Assembly (NCBI GenBank): GCA_937934285.1
Contig: CALHAT010000026.1
Coordinates: 1 to 59,776, forward strand
Direction: 5' to 3'
DNA from: Minisyncoccota bacterium
Lineage (GTDB): Bacteria > Patescibacteriota > Minisyncoccia > UBA6257 > HR35
Length of the DNA: 59,776 nt
A model generated the notes under the pieces. The model was given only the letters and a program-made list of their open reading frames with translations, was not told the DNA's origin and did not search any database. Position numbers and translations under genes: made by a program. This document shows, piece after piece, positions 16,030 to 25,853 of this stretch. The stretch's first letter is position 1. Each line of letters begins with the position of its first letter.

Positions 16030-17235
16030 TTAGAAACTCTGAACATATTTAGTCAAAGTTAGTAAAGGAATAAGCAAAGAAGCTTCTAAAAGACCCAAAG
16101 CGGCTCCTAATAAAAGTATTAAAATTGGCTGTAAGGCTTCACTTAGATTAGTAACTTGATTTTCAACTATTTCATTGTAAAAATTATAAAGAGTTAAGGT
16201 AACCTCAGCAAGCTCGCCTGTCTTTTCAGCGGTTTTAATACCTTCAATCATAAAACTTTGAAAAAGGTCAGGGAAATTTGATAAAGATTCACTGAGAGGT
16301 GAACCTTTTTTGACATCTTCAACGATATATTCAAGAGCGGAAACATATAAGGGATTATCAAAGCTATCTTTGATAATTTCCAAAGCTTCAACGATTGGAA
16401 CCCCACCCTTGCTTAAGTGATATAGTGATTCTAAAAATTGAGCCGAATAATTGTTTTTAATTAAAGATCCCAAAATGGGTACATCGGAGACTAATTTAAA
16501 TAAGGTTGCCTTGCCCTCTGAAGTTTTAAATAGATAATCATAAAAATAAAATCCCAAAAGAATTAATGCGCCCAATATAAATAGTCCGAATTGTAATAGC
16601 AAATCAGCTATTGATTTAAAAATTTTAGTAATTAAAGGCATAGGTACATTATTTTCGGCAAAAATCGCTACTATTTGAGGAACAACATAATAAAATAGAG
16701 CGAAAAGAACGCCAAGAAAAATAAAAACAACAATAATAGGATAGATTGAAGCTTGAATAAGTCTATTCTTAAATTTAAATTGAGCATATAGATGTTGCGC
16801 GAGATATTCTAAAGTTTCATCTAAAACACCAACTGATTCTCCAATTTTAATCATTCCTACATAATAAGAATCAAAAATATCAGGAAATCTTGCTAATGAT
16901 TGAGAAAAGGTGATTCCGGAAATCAAATCATTATAAATCTCAACTAAAATCGAACGAAGAGCAGAATTTGGCATAGCTTCAGAAAGAGCTCTGATTGATT
17001 CATCTAAAGGTGTTCTTGATTTGATAAGATAAGAAAGTTGTTTGGTAAAGAAATAAATATCTCTTATGTTGGGTTTAAAAAGATAAGAAACTAAACTTAA
17101 TCGTTTTTCTGATAAATAAGTAACTAAAAGTTCCTGATTTTGTAAAATCTGTAAAGCTGCCTCTTTGTTATCAGCTGAAATAATTCCTTCTTTAAGTTTT
17201 CCTTCCCGAGTATAAGCTTTAAATTCAAACTGCAT
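16030..17235 (-). CDS. pilC: Type IV pilus platform protein PilC (GspF family)
   Basis: Two GspF-type repeats, three TM segments and the typical 401-aa length. It sits directly after pilT. Confidence 0.88.
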   Translation of the reverse strand: MQFEFKAYTREGKLKEGIISADNKEAALQILQNQELLVTYLSEKRLSLVSYLFKPNIRDIYFFTKQLSYLIKSRTPLDESIRALSEAMPNSALRSILVEIYNDLISGITFSQSLARFPDIFDSYYVGMIKIGESVGVLDETLEYLAQHLYAQFKFKNRLIQASIYPIIVVFIFLGVLFALFYYVVPQIVAIFAENNVPMPLITKIFKSIADLLLQFGLFILGALILLGFYFYDYLFKTSEGKATLFKLVSDVPILGSLIKNNYSAQFLESLYHLSKGGVPIVEALEIIKDSFDNPLYVSALEYIVEDVKKGSPLSESLSNFPDLFQSFMIEGIKTAEKTGELAEVTLTLYNFYNEIVENQVTNLSEALQPILILLLGAALGLLEASLLIPLLTLTKYVQSF

Positions 17236-17237
17236 TT

Positions 17238-18299
17238 TTATTCTTCAAGTAAATATTTAAGTTTCGTTGGATTTAAACTAAATTCAATAGCTTTTTCTAA
17301 AGAAATCTCATCTAAACGAACTAAGTTAACCAAGGATCTTTCTAAAGATATCATCCCTTCGCTTAAACTGGTATCAATCACGCTATCAATCTGATAAATT
17401 TTGTTTTCCCTTATTAAATTCCTAATAGCATTATTAGCTATTAAAATTTCACAAGCCGGAATTCGACCTCCTCTTATTCTCGGTACTAATCTTTGGGAAA
17501 TAATTCCAATTAAGGTGGAGGCTAATTGTAGTCTTCCTTGAGTTTTTTGATTTTCAGGCAAGACATCAACAATTCGATCAATTGTTTGGGAAGCAGAATT
17601 CGTATGTAATGTTCCCAAAACCAAATGTCCAGTTTCCGCCGCAGTTAAAGCAATTGAGATTGATTCCGGATCTCTTAATTCACCAATCATAATCACATCC
17701 GGATCTTGTCTTAAGGCTGCTCTTAAAGCGCGGTGCCAATTAGGAGAGTGAATAGGAATTTCTCTTTGAGAAATAACTGCTTTATCAGGATTAAATACAT
17801 ATTCAATTGGTTCTTCAATGGTTATAATATGAGATTGTCTTTGATGATTGATTGTATCTATTAGAGCTGCTAATGTTGTTGATTTACCCATACCAGCTGG
17901 ACCGGTTACTAAAATAAATCCTTGTCTTTTTTCAACAAATTCATTTAAAATGGGGGGTAAGTTTAATTCCTCAATACTTTTAATTTCATTAGAAATATAA
18001 CGAAAAGCTCCTGCCCATCCTTGAAATTGAAGATAAATATTCGCTCGAAAACGGATATTTTCTTCTAAGGAAAAAGAAAAATCTATATCTTTAAATTTAT
18101 TTAGCTGAGAAAACAAAACTTCATCCAATAAACTGAAAAGCATTGTTTCTGTATCTTCGGGAACTAAAACATCAAATTGAGTCAATGGGAAAATCTCTCC
18201 ATCTTTTCTCATTAAAGGAAAGCTGCCTGGTAAAATATGCAGGTCTGAAGCTCCTTGCTTTGATATAAAATAGAGATATTCTTTTAGTTTTTGATGCAT
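17238..18299 (-). CDS. pilT: Twitching-motility retraction ATPase PilT
   Basis: Walker A GPAGMGKSTT, Asp box, Walker B DPDVIMIGELRD and His box GHLVLGTLHTNSA. About 350 aa with no N-terminal GspE N-domain. Confidence 0.88.
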   Translation of the reverse strand: MHQKLKEYLYFISKQGASDLHILPGSFPLMRKDGEIFPLTQFDVLVPEDTETMLFSLLDEVLFSQLNKFKDIDFSFSLEENIRFRANIYLQFQGWAGAFRYISNEIKSIEELNLPPILNEFVEKRQGFILVTGPAGMGKSTTLAALIDTINHQRQSHIITIEEPIEYVFNPDKAVISQREIPIHSPNWHRALRAALRQDPDVIMIGELRDPESISIALTAAETGHLVLGTLHTNSASQTIDRIVDVLPENQKTQGRLQLASTLIGIISQRLVPRIRGGRIPACEILIANNAIRNLIRENKIYQIDSVIDTSLSEGMISLERSLVNLVRLDEISLEKAIEFSLNPTKLKYLLEE

Positions 18300-20002
18300 T
18301 AAGCGGATTTGAAAACTTCTTCTAAAGAAACAAGACCTTTGCTTGCTTTTATTATACCATCAAGTCTTAAGGTGATAAAATTTTGTTTTTTTAGAACTTC
18401 TAAAATTTCAGGTTCGCCTTTGTGTTCTAAAATAACTTTAGCAATTTCCTTAGTTATCTCGAACATCTCAAAAATAGCTGTTCTACCTATGAAACCTCGG
18501 TGATGACATTTTTCGCAACCCTTGCTATTAAAACATTTTATGGTTAAATTTTTATAATTTTCCGGCGCTTCCTGTAAAACTTTCTCAGCTTCTAATCTCA
18601 ATTCTTCGGAACAATCCTTTTCTTCTAAACAGTTTGGACAAAGAAGTCTAACTAATCTTTGAGCAATAACCAAATTAACGGTTGACGGAATAAAATAAGC
18701 TTTAACGCCCATATCCAAAAGTCTGGGAATAGCTCCAGCGGCAGTATTAGTATGTAAAGTTGAAAAAACTAAATGTCCTGTTAAAGCAGCATGAATAGCT
18801 AATTCAGCTGTCTCTTCATCGCGGATCTCTCCAACCAATATAACATCAGGATCCTGCCTTAAAATTTCTCTCAATCCTCGAGCAAAAGTATAACTAATCT
18901 CTGGTCTTACTTGCGATTGATTGATGCCTTGAATTTTATATTCAACCGGGTCTTCCAAACTAATAATATTAATATTTTCCTTATTAATTTCTTGAATCAA
19001 AGCGTAAAGAGTGGTCGTTTTTCCTGAACCAGTTGGTCCAGTTACTAAAATCATTCCATAGGGCTTTTTCAAATTAGCACGCATTATTTCGTAATGAAAA
19101 TCAGATAATCCTAATTCAGTAATTTTTTTAAGCCCAATTAAAGGATCTAAAATTCTGATAGCTACTTTCTCACCATTAATTGTCGGTAAAATACCTACTC
19201 GGAAATCTATTTCCCGTCCTTGAACTATAGCTCGGAACCGACCATCTTGAGTAATTCTAGTTTCATCCAGTCTCAAATTAGTTAAAATCTTTACTCGGTT
19301 AACCAAAGGTAAATGAATATCCCTTGGCAGATAAAGCATAGTTTTCAAATCACCATATAACCTAAATCGAACACGGGCTTTATCACTTAAAGGTTCTAAA
19401 TGAATATCTGAAGCATTCAAAGCTACGGCCTTTCTTAATAGGAGTTCGAAAAGTTGAATAATCGGCGCTTCTTGCACACCAACAACTTCTTGAAAAACAA
19501 ATGGCTTTTCGACTTCTATTTTTTTACCAGAAGAACTGCGGAAATTTAGAATATGTTTTTTAACTTCCATCTCGAAATCATAATAATCTTCTAAATGAAG
19601 ATAAAAATCTTTAACGGAAATTAAAAAAAGTTGGATATCTGCTTTTAAATTATGTTTAAGAGGAGCAATTACTCTTGATTGAAAATCAGAAATATCAGGA
19701 TCAACTACTCCTAAATAAAGAATTTTATTTTTAAATTCTAAAGGGAGAATTCTAAAATTGCGCGCCGTAGCTTCAGGAATCAATTTCAAAACCTCTGGGG
19801 GTATTTTCTCGTCAAGAGTAAATTTTTTTATTGGTAGATTATAAATTTTAGCTTTGAAATCCAGAAATTCTTCAGCAGGAATTAAATTTTTATTAAATAA
19901 ATAATCTTCCAAAGGGTAGTTAGAAATTTTTGCTTCTAAAATCCAATCTTGAATTGAGGGGTATTTTTCTTTAAAAAAGGAAATTACCTCTTCATCTTTC
20001 AT
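18299..20002 (-). CDS. pilB: Type IV pilus assembly ATPase PilB (GspE family)
   Basis: GPTGSGKTTT, DPDVILVGEIRD and GHLVFSTLHTN, plus the tetracysteine CPNC...CEKC motif and an N-terminal GspE-N domain. Confidence 0.9.
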   Translation of the reverse strand: MKDEEVISFFKEKYPSIQDWILEAKISNYPLEDYLFNKNLIPAEEFLDFKAKIYNLPIKKFTLDEKIPPEVLKLIPEATARNFRILPLEFKNKILYLGVVDPDISDFQSRVIAPLKHNLKADIQLFLISVKDFYLHLEDYYDFEMEVKKHILNFRSSSGKKIEVEKPFVFQEVVGVQEAPIIQLFELLLRKAVALNASDIHLEPLSDKARVRFRLYGDLKTMLYLPRDIHLPLVNRVKILTNLRLDETRITQDGRFRAIVQGREIDFRVGILPTINGEKVAIRILDPLIGLKKITELGLSDFHYEIMRANLKKPYGMILVTGPTGSGKTTTLYALIQEINKENINIISLEDPVEYKIQGINQSQVRPEISYTFARGLREILRQDPDVILVGEIRDEETAELAIHAALTGHLVFSTLHTNTAAGAIPRLLDMGVKAYFIPSTVNLVIAQRLVRLLCPNCLEEKDCSEELRLEAEKVLQEAPENYKNLTIKCFNSKGCEKCHHRGFIGRTAIFEMFEITKEIAKVILEHKGEPEILEVLKKQNFITLRLDGIIKASKGLVSLEEVFKSA

Positions 20003-20019
20003 TTTTCCCTTATAAAAAA

Positions 20020-20292
20020 TTAGAACAAGCTGTCCCGGCCAATTTCTTCATTTTTTATTAGAGGTAAAATCAAAGTTTCGACGGGTAAATTTTTTAAATA
20101 ATAATTAGCATCTTTAAAAGAGTAATTATTTACAAATTCTATTCTTCTCCTTAAATCCAACATCAATGGTGTTGGTTCTGACGGTTGCTTTAAAATTCTA
20201 AAATACCAAAAGGCATAAATAATAAGTCCGATTATAATTATGAACCAAAAAGTAAAAATTAAAAAATTTATTAAAAAAGACCTATTTTTCAT
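20020..20292 (-). CDS. Small single-pass membrane protein in the pilus operon
   Basis: 90 aa with one N-terminal TM helix. It lies between the PilO-like gene and pilB and overlaps the upstream stop by 4 nt. Confidence 0.5.
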   Translation of the reverse strand: MKNRSFLINFLIFTFWFIIIIGLIIYAFWYFRILKQPSEPTPLMLDLRRRIEFVNNYSFKDANYYLKNLPVETLILPLIKNEEIGRDSLF

Positions 20293-20831
20293 TTCGATTT
20301 TCGAGGCAGAAAGTAAGTTTCGACTTCGAATTTGGAAGGTTCCAGGGGTGATAAAATAGCCTTTTTAATTATCATCAAACGAGCACTCTGCTCAAGATAA
20401 TTTATAAATTCATTTAATTTATCGGAATTTAACTGAGCAGTTAAGGTGAAATTTATAGCCGATCGTGGTAAAATAAATTCTTCAAATTGTTGGGTATTTT
20501 CAGTGATTTTAAAATCAGCTCCAGGAAAACTAAGAGCGAAATTTTGATAGCCACTTGCTAAATAATAAATAATTTCCTCTATTTTGGGCTCTGTTGGTAG
20601 CCAAACATCCAAAGTTGAAGTCTGGCCCATAAGCTGTCTTAATGTAACATTTTGATTCAAGCTGTTAATTAATCTTTGTAAATTGTCTAATTCTATTTCT
20701 TTGTTTTTCAATTCATTGAATCTTTTTGCTAATTGAATAGTCTCTTGATATTTAGGATAAAGATAATTATTCATAACATAAAAAATAATGCCAACCAAAA
20801 TTAAAGGTAACATTTTTAACAGGAGATTCAT
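20289..20831 (-). CDS. PilO-like pilus assembly protein
   Basis: N-terminal TM helix, then a coiled coil (KEIELDNLQRLINSLNQ), then an alpha/beta domain. The position after the PilN-like gene is conserved. Confidence 0.5.
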   Translation of the reverse strand: MNLLLKMLPLILVGIIFYVMNNYLYPKYQETIQLAKRFNELKNKEIELDNLQRLINSLNQNVTLRQLMGQTSTLDVWLPTEPKIEEIIYYLASGYQNFALSFPGADFKITENTQQFEEFILPRSAINFTLTAQLNSDKLNEFINYLEQSARLMIIKKAILSPLEPSKFEVETYFLPRKSK

Positions 20832-21340
20832 TGTTGATAAAAAGAAGGGGTTAAACCAAGGACCATTGTAAAATTAATTTCATTCTGTTCAAATTTAGGA
20901 AATTGGATTTCTTTTATTTGAAAATGCTGTATTTTAGAAAGATAGTTGTGAAATCTAACATAATCAATCCAATCTTTAACTGAAGCTTTAATAGTGATTT
21001 TGTTCTCATCGTTATCAAACTCAAAGTTTTTTATAATTAAGAATTTGGGCATCAACTGATTAAACCGAGCTATAACAAAATTTAAAGAATGTCTCTGGCG
21101 AGCAATTTCTAAAATATTAACAACCTTAGAAAAAACATAAAAAAAGTCATTAGCTTCTAAATTAGTAATTAATTCTTTTTCCCGACGAACTAATTTAGAC
21201 TCAAGATCGTTAATTTGCTGACTAAGTTTTTGATTATAAAAATTCAAACCATAACTAAGCAAGTATTCCGTTAATAAGATAAGAGCAAAAGGTAGAATTA
21301 TGCCTAAAGGTAAAACATTATTTAATTTTAATTTTTCCAT
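20828..21340 (-). CDS. PilN-like pilus assembly protein
   Basis: Short cytoplasmic N-terminus, a TM helix and a coiled coil. It lies immediately downstream of pilM. Confidence 0.5.
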   Translation of the reverse strand: MEKLKLNNVLPLGIILPFALILLTEYLLSYGLNFYNQKLSQQINDLESKLVRREKELITNLEANDFFYVFSKVVNILEIARQRHSLNFVIARFNQLMPKFLIIKNFEFDNDENKITIKASVKDWIDYVRFHNYLSKIQHFQIKEIQFPKFEQNEINFTMVLGLTPSFYQQ

Positions 21341-21352
21341 TATACTTATATT

Positions 21353-22393
21353 TTAACTTAATAATTTTTTCATTAAAATACCTATTGCTTGACTAAAAAG
21401 ACAAGATTTTTCTTCTAACCTTTTAAACTTATTGCCTTCAACAAAATTAGCTGGGGATAAAATCTCGAAACTAATTTCTTGAAAACGCTGCAACATTGCT
21501 TCTTTGAAACCAGGAAGAAGACAAACTCCACCAGTTAAATAGATTTTATTTATTTTCATTAAAAATTTGTCTTCTAAATTTTTAATTTCGTTTATAATTA
21601 CTGAGTATAAATTATCGAGAAAGGTTTGGGCCATACTTTTAATTTCAACTTCTTCGGGATTAAAGATAAAACCTTTCGCCTGAACAAACTCAAGAACTTT
21701 ATCTTCAGGATATTTGGTTAAGTCGTGAATCATACTCAAATAATCAAAACCTCTTAACTTTAAACGGTTACTAAATATTAATCTACCATCCTTAACCAAG
21801 CTAATTATTGAATAAGAGTGGCCTAAATCTATTATACCGTAATTTCCTACCGCTTGCCAAAAATAAGGTTCTAAATTTAAATATTCACTACTATAGCCAT
21901 CGAGTCTTAATTTAGATAATTTGGCGATGTTTTCGATTCGTTGAATATAATTTTTAGGGATAGCGGTTAAAAAAACTAAATATTCTTTGTGTTTATTTTC
22001 TTTTTCAATCTCAAGGTAATTATACTCAATTTCAATTTCCTCTAAGGCAAGCGGTATTTGTTTTTGAGCCTCAAATTTGATAACTTGAGGAATATTTTTA
22101 GATGGAATATTGGGTATTAAAAAATTTACGGGGAAAACATAGGGAGCAGGAACACTAACAAATATTTGGTTGGTTTGTATTTTGGCTTCTTTAATGAAAT
22201 TTCTTAAAATAGAGGCGATCGTTTCTTCGACAATATGAGAAGTGGTTAAAATTTCTTTAAAATTAATAATGGGGATAACCCCAAAATTAGTAATTTCTAT
22301 TTTGCTTTCTTTTCTACGACATTCAACGATTTTAATATTAATTGAACCAAAATCAATGCTTAAAAACCTTTTTTCCCCAAAAAATAAAATCAT
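21353..22393 (-). CDS. pilM: Type IV pilus assembly ATPase-fold protein PilM
   Basis: Actin-like fold motifs are present (LSIDFGSINIKIVE, GIIDLGHSYSIISL, IYLTGGVCLLPG). It is the first gene of the pilMNO-BTC block. Confidence 0.8.
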   Translation of the reverse strand: MILFFGEKRFLSIDFGSINIKIVECRRKESKIEITNFGVIPIINFKEILTTSHIVEETIASILRNFIKEAKIQTNQIFVSVPAPYVFPVNFLIPNIPSKNIPQVIKFEAQKQIPLALEEIEIEYNYLEIEKENKHKEYLVFLTAIPKNYIQRIENIAKLSKLRLDGYSSEYLNLEPYFWQAVGNYGIIDLGHSYSIISLVKDGRLIFSNRLKLRGFDYLSMIHDLTKYPEDKVLEFVQAKGFIFNPEEVEIKSMAQTFLDNLYSVIINEIKNLEDKFLMKINKIYLTGGVCLLPGFKEAMLQRFQEISFEILSPANFVEGNKFKRLEEKSCLFSQAIGILMKKLLS

Positions 22394-23057
22394 AAATAAA
22401 TTATATCATTATTTCCGAGAAATTTTATCCCCGAAATATTGTTTGAATTGTTTTCAATTTGATAAAAACTACATTTGTTCTAATTGTCTTAAAAATTTAA
22501 ATTTTAGAATAAATTTTAATTGTTTGGAATGCGGTCGAAAAATAATTTCTCATTGTCAAATAAAAAATCACTCAAAATTAATAAAATTTTTAATAAGTTT
22601 TAACAGTTCGGAAAATAAGACCCTCTATGAAGCAATACTTTTAGGTAAAAAGGGCGCCTATGAAATTTTTAATGATTTTGGTTATTATCTTGGTCAGGAG
22701 CTCAAAAAATATAATTTTAGAGATTATTATTTAACTTTCATTCCTTTAACCAGAAAAAAACTTTTAGAGAGAGGCTTCAATCAAACTGAAATTTTAGCTC
22801 AAGCTATTAGTCAAACAACTGGTTTGAAAATATTTTCTGAGATTTTAAAAATTAAAGAAACCAGCGATCAAGCAGTCTTAAATTATGAGCAGAGATTAAA
22901 AAATTTACAAGGATCTTTTAGTTTAAAAAATAAACCTCCAGCAAAATTAATTTTGATTGACGACCTTAAAACAACTGGCGCTACTCTAAAAGAGTGTTCT
23001 CGGGTTTTAAAAACTGGCGGCGCTAAAGAAATAATCGCCTTAACTATCTTAAGTTAA
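22356..23057 (+). CDS. comF: ComF-family competence protein (phosphoribosyltransferase domain)
   Basis: N-terminal Cys pairs (CLNC...CSNC...CLECG) and a PRPP loop LILIDDLKTTGATL. The track ORF starts at 22242, inside pilM. The first plausible ATG is 22356, which still overlaps the pilM 5' end, so the start is uncertain. Confidence 0.75.
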   Translation: MLKNLFSPKNKIINKLYHYFREILSPKYCLNCFQFDKNYICSNCLKNLNFRINFNCLECGRKIISHCQIKNHSKLIKFLISFNSSENKTLYEAILLGKKGAYEIFNDFGYYLGQELKKYNFRDYYLTFIPLTRKKLLERGFNQTEILAQAISQTTGLKIFSEILKIKETSDQAVLNYEQRLKNLQGSFSLKNKPPAKLILIDDLKTTGATLKECSRVLKTGGAKEIIALTILS

Positions 23058-24083
23058 TCTTAAGAAAAGATAAAGAACCGTCCCCAAAAGACAACCTAAA
23101 AGATTTATCATCCAAAATCGGAAAGTAATATTAGCTTCATGCCAACCTATGGCTCGGAAGTGATGATGAATAGGAGTTGAAAGAAAGATTTTTCTTTTAA
23201 AAAATTTTTTGGAAAAGACCTGGGAAATTACCGACAGAGCTTCAATAACAAAAATCGGAAGCAAAAATGGTAAGAGCAGACTGCTTTGAGTAAAGAAAGC
23301 CATTAAAACTATCGAGATACTTACAGAAAAAGACCCCGTATTACCATCAAAAAACTTAGCCGGATAAAAATTAAACCAAAGATAAGAAAGTAAAGAACCT
23401 AATAAAGCTGAACCAAAACTGGCTAAATTGTAATCTTGATTAAGAAAAGCGAAAATTGTTAATACTAAAATGCTCATAAAAGAAAGTCCCCCAAAAAGGC
23501 CATCAACACCATCAGTAATGTCTCCGGAAAGCACAGTGGCTAAAAAAACAAAAAGAAAATAAATAAAGAAAAAAATAGTGCCGACAAAAATTCTTTGATC
23601 AGCCAAATCAATAAAATTAATGCTTAATTTAGAAACAAACCACCAGGCGAAAATAAGACCGATACTTAAATAAACCAGAAATGTATCGCGGCGACGAAGA
23701 CCATAAGAATTAAATTGTCTTAATAAATCGTCAATTAATCCAAAAAAACCACCCAAGAAAAGACCGGCTAAGGGAAGATAAGTTTCGCGGCGACTTACGA
23801 AATTTAAAAAATCAAAGAAAGAACTAAAATTTTTAAAAATTTCTAAAAGGAGAGCTAAAAAAAGAGGAGGTAGCCAAATAATTACTCCAGCCATTGTTGG
23901 CGTTCCAGCTTTTTCTTTTAAAGTCTCGGTAGCAATTGGTGCTTCGACTCGGTGAGGTTTGTCTGTGAACCCAAATTTTAAAGCTAATTTTAAATAAATC
24001 GGTACTAATAATAAAGATGTAAAAAAACTTAAAATTCCCAAACTTAAAACCTTAATTAAATTTAAAAAAAAATTAACCTCCAT
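23049..24083 (-). CDS. mraY: Phospho-N-acetylmuramoyl-pentapeptide transferase
   Basis: KAGTPTMAG, GLIDDLLR, TDGVDGL and STPIHHHF..GWHE motifs on a polytopic membrane protein. Confidence 0.9.
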   Translation of the reverse strand: MEVNFFLNLIKVLSLGILSFFTSLLLVPIYLKLALKFGFTDKPHRVEAPIATETLKEKAGTPTMAGVIIWLPPLFLALLLEIFKNFSSFFDFLNFVSRRETYLPLAGLFLGGFFGLIDDLLRQFNSYGLRRRDTFLVYLSIGLIFAWWFVSKLSINFIDLADQRIFVGTIFFFIYFLFVFLATVLSGDITDGVDGLFGGLSFMSILVLTIFAFLNQDYNLASFGSALLGSLLSYLWFNFYPAKFFDGNTGSFSVSISIVLMAFFTQSSLLLPFLLPIFVIEALSVISQVFSKKFFKRKIFLSTPIHHHFRAIGWHEANITFRFWMINLLGCLLGTVLYLFLRLT

Positions 24084-24924
24084 AATAAACTTTTAAAGCT
24101 TTAATTATCTTTTCGGCATCGCTAAATCGATCTTTAGAATTTAAAAGAATAACATTTATAAAGGGTGATTTTTCAAATTTTAAAATCATTAGAAAACATT
24201 CGCCGGCTTCGTAGGTAAAACCCGTTTTAGCACCAACAAAAATGTTTTTATATTTTGGCAAAAGAAGGTTAGTTGTCCAAAGAATTTTTCCATTAATAGT
24301 GATTTTTTCTAGAGTGGTTAAATTAAAAATTTCTGGTGCTAACGAATAAATTTTTTCAGTTAAAAGATAAAGATCATAAGCAGAGGCTTTATTATCTTTG
24401 CTAACACCGGTGGGATCGACAAAATAAGTATTGTTCATTTTAAATTCTTTAGCTTTTTGATTCATTAAAGAAACAAAATTTTTAAGATAATTTTTTTTAG
24501 CTAACAAATAGATAGCATCATTACTGGAAGCAACTAAAGAAGCTTGTAAGGCTTGATCCCGGCTTATTGGTTCACCAATATAAAAATTTCCCACCTGGCC
24601 TTCCTGGTTTATAGATTCTTCATCAAAAATAAAAATATCGTCGGGTTTATAAATTAAATAAGCTATATAAGCACTCATCAATTTAGTTAACGAAGCAATA
24701 GGCTTAGAAATAAAAGTATTTTTGGCGAATAAGGTTTTACCGTTTAACTCTTTAATTAAAATTACCTCAGCGGAGATATTATTTTGTTCAATTAATAAAA
24801 AACTTTCCCTATTTTTAACAAAATCCTCTTCCTGAAAAACGACAGCTTTATTTTGATTCAAATTTAAAATAATAGGTTGATCACTTATTTTAGACAAATT
24901 TAAAAACAAAATTAAAAAAAACAT
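24073..24924 (-). CDS. D-alanyl-D-alanine carboxypeptidase (PBP5/S11-type)
   Basis: All three penicillin-binding motifs are present: SLTK (SxxK), SSND (SxN) and KTG (GAKTGFT). Confidence 0.85.
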   Translation of the reverse strand: MFFLILFLNLSKISDQPIILNLNQNKAVVFQEEDFVKNRESFLLIEQNNISAEVILIKELNGKTLFAKNTFISKPIASLTKLMSAYIAYLIYKPDDIFIFDEESINQEGQVGNFYIGEPISRDQALQASLVASSNDAIYLLAKKNYLKNFVSLMNQKAKEFKMNNTYFVDPTGVSKDNKASAYDLYLLTEKIYSLAPEIFNLTTLEKITINGKILWTTNLLLPKYKNIFVGAKTGFTYEAGECFLMILKFEKSPFINVILLNSKDRFSDAEKIIKALKVYYGG

Positions 24925-25421
24925 TATTTTTTATCCTGAATCTCTTTATGAAGATCTTGGTAATCGGGTAAATCTTTTTCAGTATGGGCACCCAAAGCTT
25001 TTAAAAATTCATAACTGAGACGATAATAATTCTTTTCTTTTTTGACAAATCCATTATTCAAGAGCTCTTTCAAAACTAAAGCAGATTTTTTCCCCCGCAA
25101 CTTGTTGATTTCACGAAGACTTATCGGACCTCCATAAGCAATAATAGCGAGAACCTCTAAAATTTCTTGAATAATTTCGTTTTCTTCAAAATCAAAAAAG
25201 TTTATTAAATACTTATAAAGTTCAGGTCGAGTAACTAATTCAAATGTTTCTCCGTCTTCATAGATAAAAAAACCGGTGTCTTGAAATTTTTTATTAGCTA
25301 AAGCTATTAATTCTTCCAAATCGAAACCGTAAAAGAATTGAATTAATATTGTTTTTTTAATCTTTCTCCGGCTAGCTAAAAAAATTGCTTCTAAAATTTT
25401 TACTGCTAGGTCTTTATCCAT
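24924..25421 (-). CDS. scpB: Segregation and condensation protein B
   Basis: ILEAIFLAS..., and LEVLAIIAYGGPISLREINKLRG, a winged-helix pattern typical of ScpB. Confidence 0.8.
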   Translation of the reverse strand: MDKDLAVKILEAIFLASRRKIKKTILIQFFYGFDLEELIALANKKFQDTGFFIYEDGETFELVTRPELYKYLINFFDFEENEIIQEILEVLAIIAYGGPISLREINKLRGKKSALVLKELLNNGFVKKEKNYYRLSYEFLKALGAHTEKDLPDYQDLHKEIQDKK

Positions 25422-25685
25422 TTATTTAGGGGTATTAACTTTCAGAGCAATAGCGGCTCCAACCGCGCCTCCGATACTTTTCGCAATTCTCCTAATAGCA
25501 TTAATGGTTGAACCTTTTTTACCAATAATTAAACTTAGAACATCTTTGGGACCGGTTATTTCAACTAAAACACCTCTTTCATCAACATTAGCTTTAATCT
25601 CTAATTGTTCGACCTTTTGAGGATCTACCCATAAAGAGAACAAAGTACGGAGACGTTTTTCAATCTCTCTTAATTTTTCTGGCAT
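25422..25685 (-). CDS. KH-domain RNA-binding protein (YlqC/KhpA-like)
   Basis: IGKKGSTINAIRRIAK carries the GxxG KH motif. The start is set at Met-25 of the track ORF (MPEKLREIEK) because the upstream 24 codons overlap tRNA-Thr. Confidence 0.75.
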   Translation of the reverse strand: MPEKLREIEKRLRTLFSLWVDPQKVEQLEIKANVDERGVLVEITGPKDVLSLIIGKKGSTINAIRRIAKSIGGAVGAAIALKVNTPK

Positions 25686-25721
25686 TTCTTGGAATTTTTT
25701 CTTAACTTTCGACACATAATG

Positions 25722-25795
25722 AGCCAGGGACGGGATTTGAACCCGTGACCTCCGCATTACCAGAGCGGTGCTCTTACCAACTGAGCTACCCTGGC
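25722..25795 (-). tRNA. tRNA-Thr (anticodon GGU)
   Basis: Hand-folded cloverleaf. Acceptor GCCAGGG/CCCTGGC, D arm GCTC-AGTTGGTAA-GAGC, anticodon loop CTGGTAA, T arm ACGGG-TTCAAAT-CCCGT, discriminator U. CCA is not encoded. Confidence 0.9.
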
Positions 25796-25853
25796 TTATC
25801 TATAATATTATATAAAAAAATTTCAATTCGACAACTATGTTAAAATATTTTTA

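Noticed and set aside
22242-22355. Track start of comF at 22242
   Set aside because: It would put 152 nt of comF antisense inside pilM. The encoded residues are low-complexity hydrophobic and are not part of ComF homologues as I remember them.
25686-25757. Extended N-terminus (MRRSRVQIPSLAHYVSKVKKKFQE) of the KH-domain protein
   Set aside because: It overlaps tRNA-Thr (25722-25795) on the same strand. RVQIPS is the classic translation of a tRNA T-arm. The start was moved to ATG 25685.
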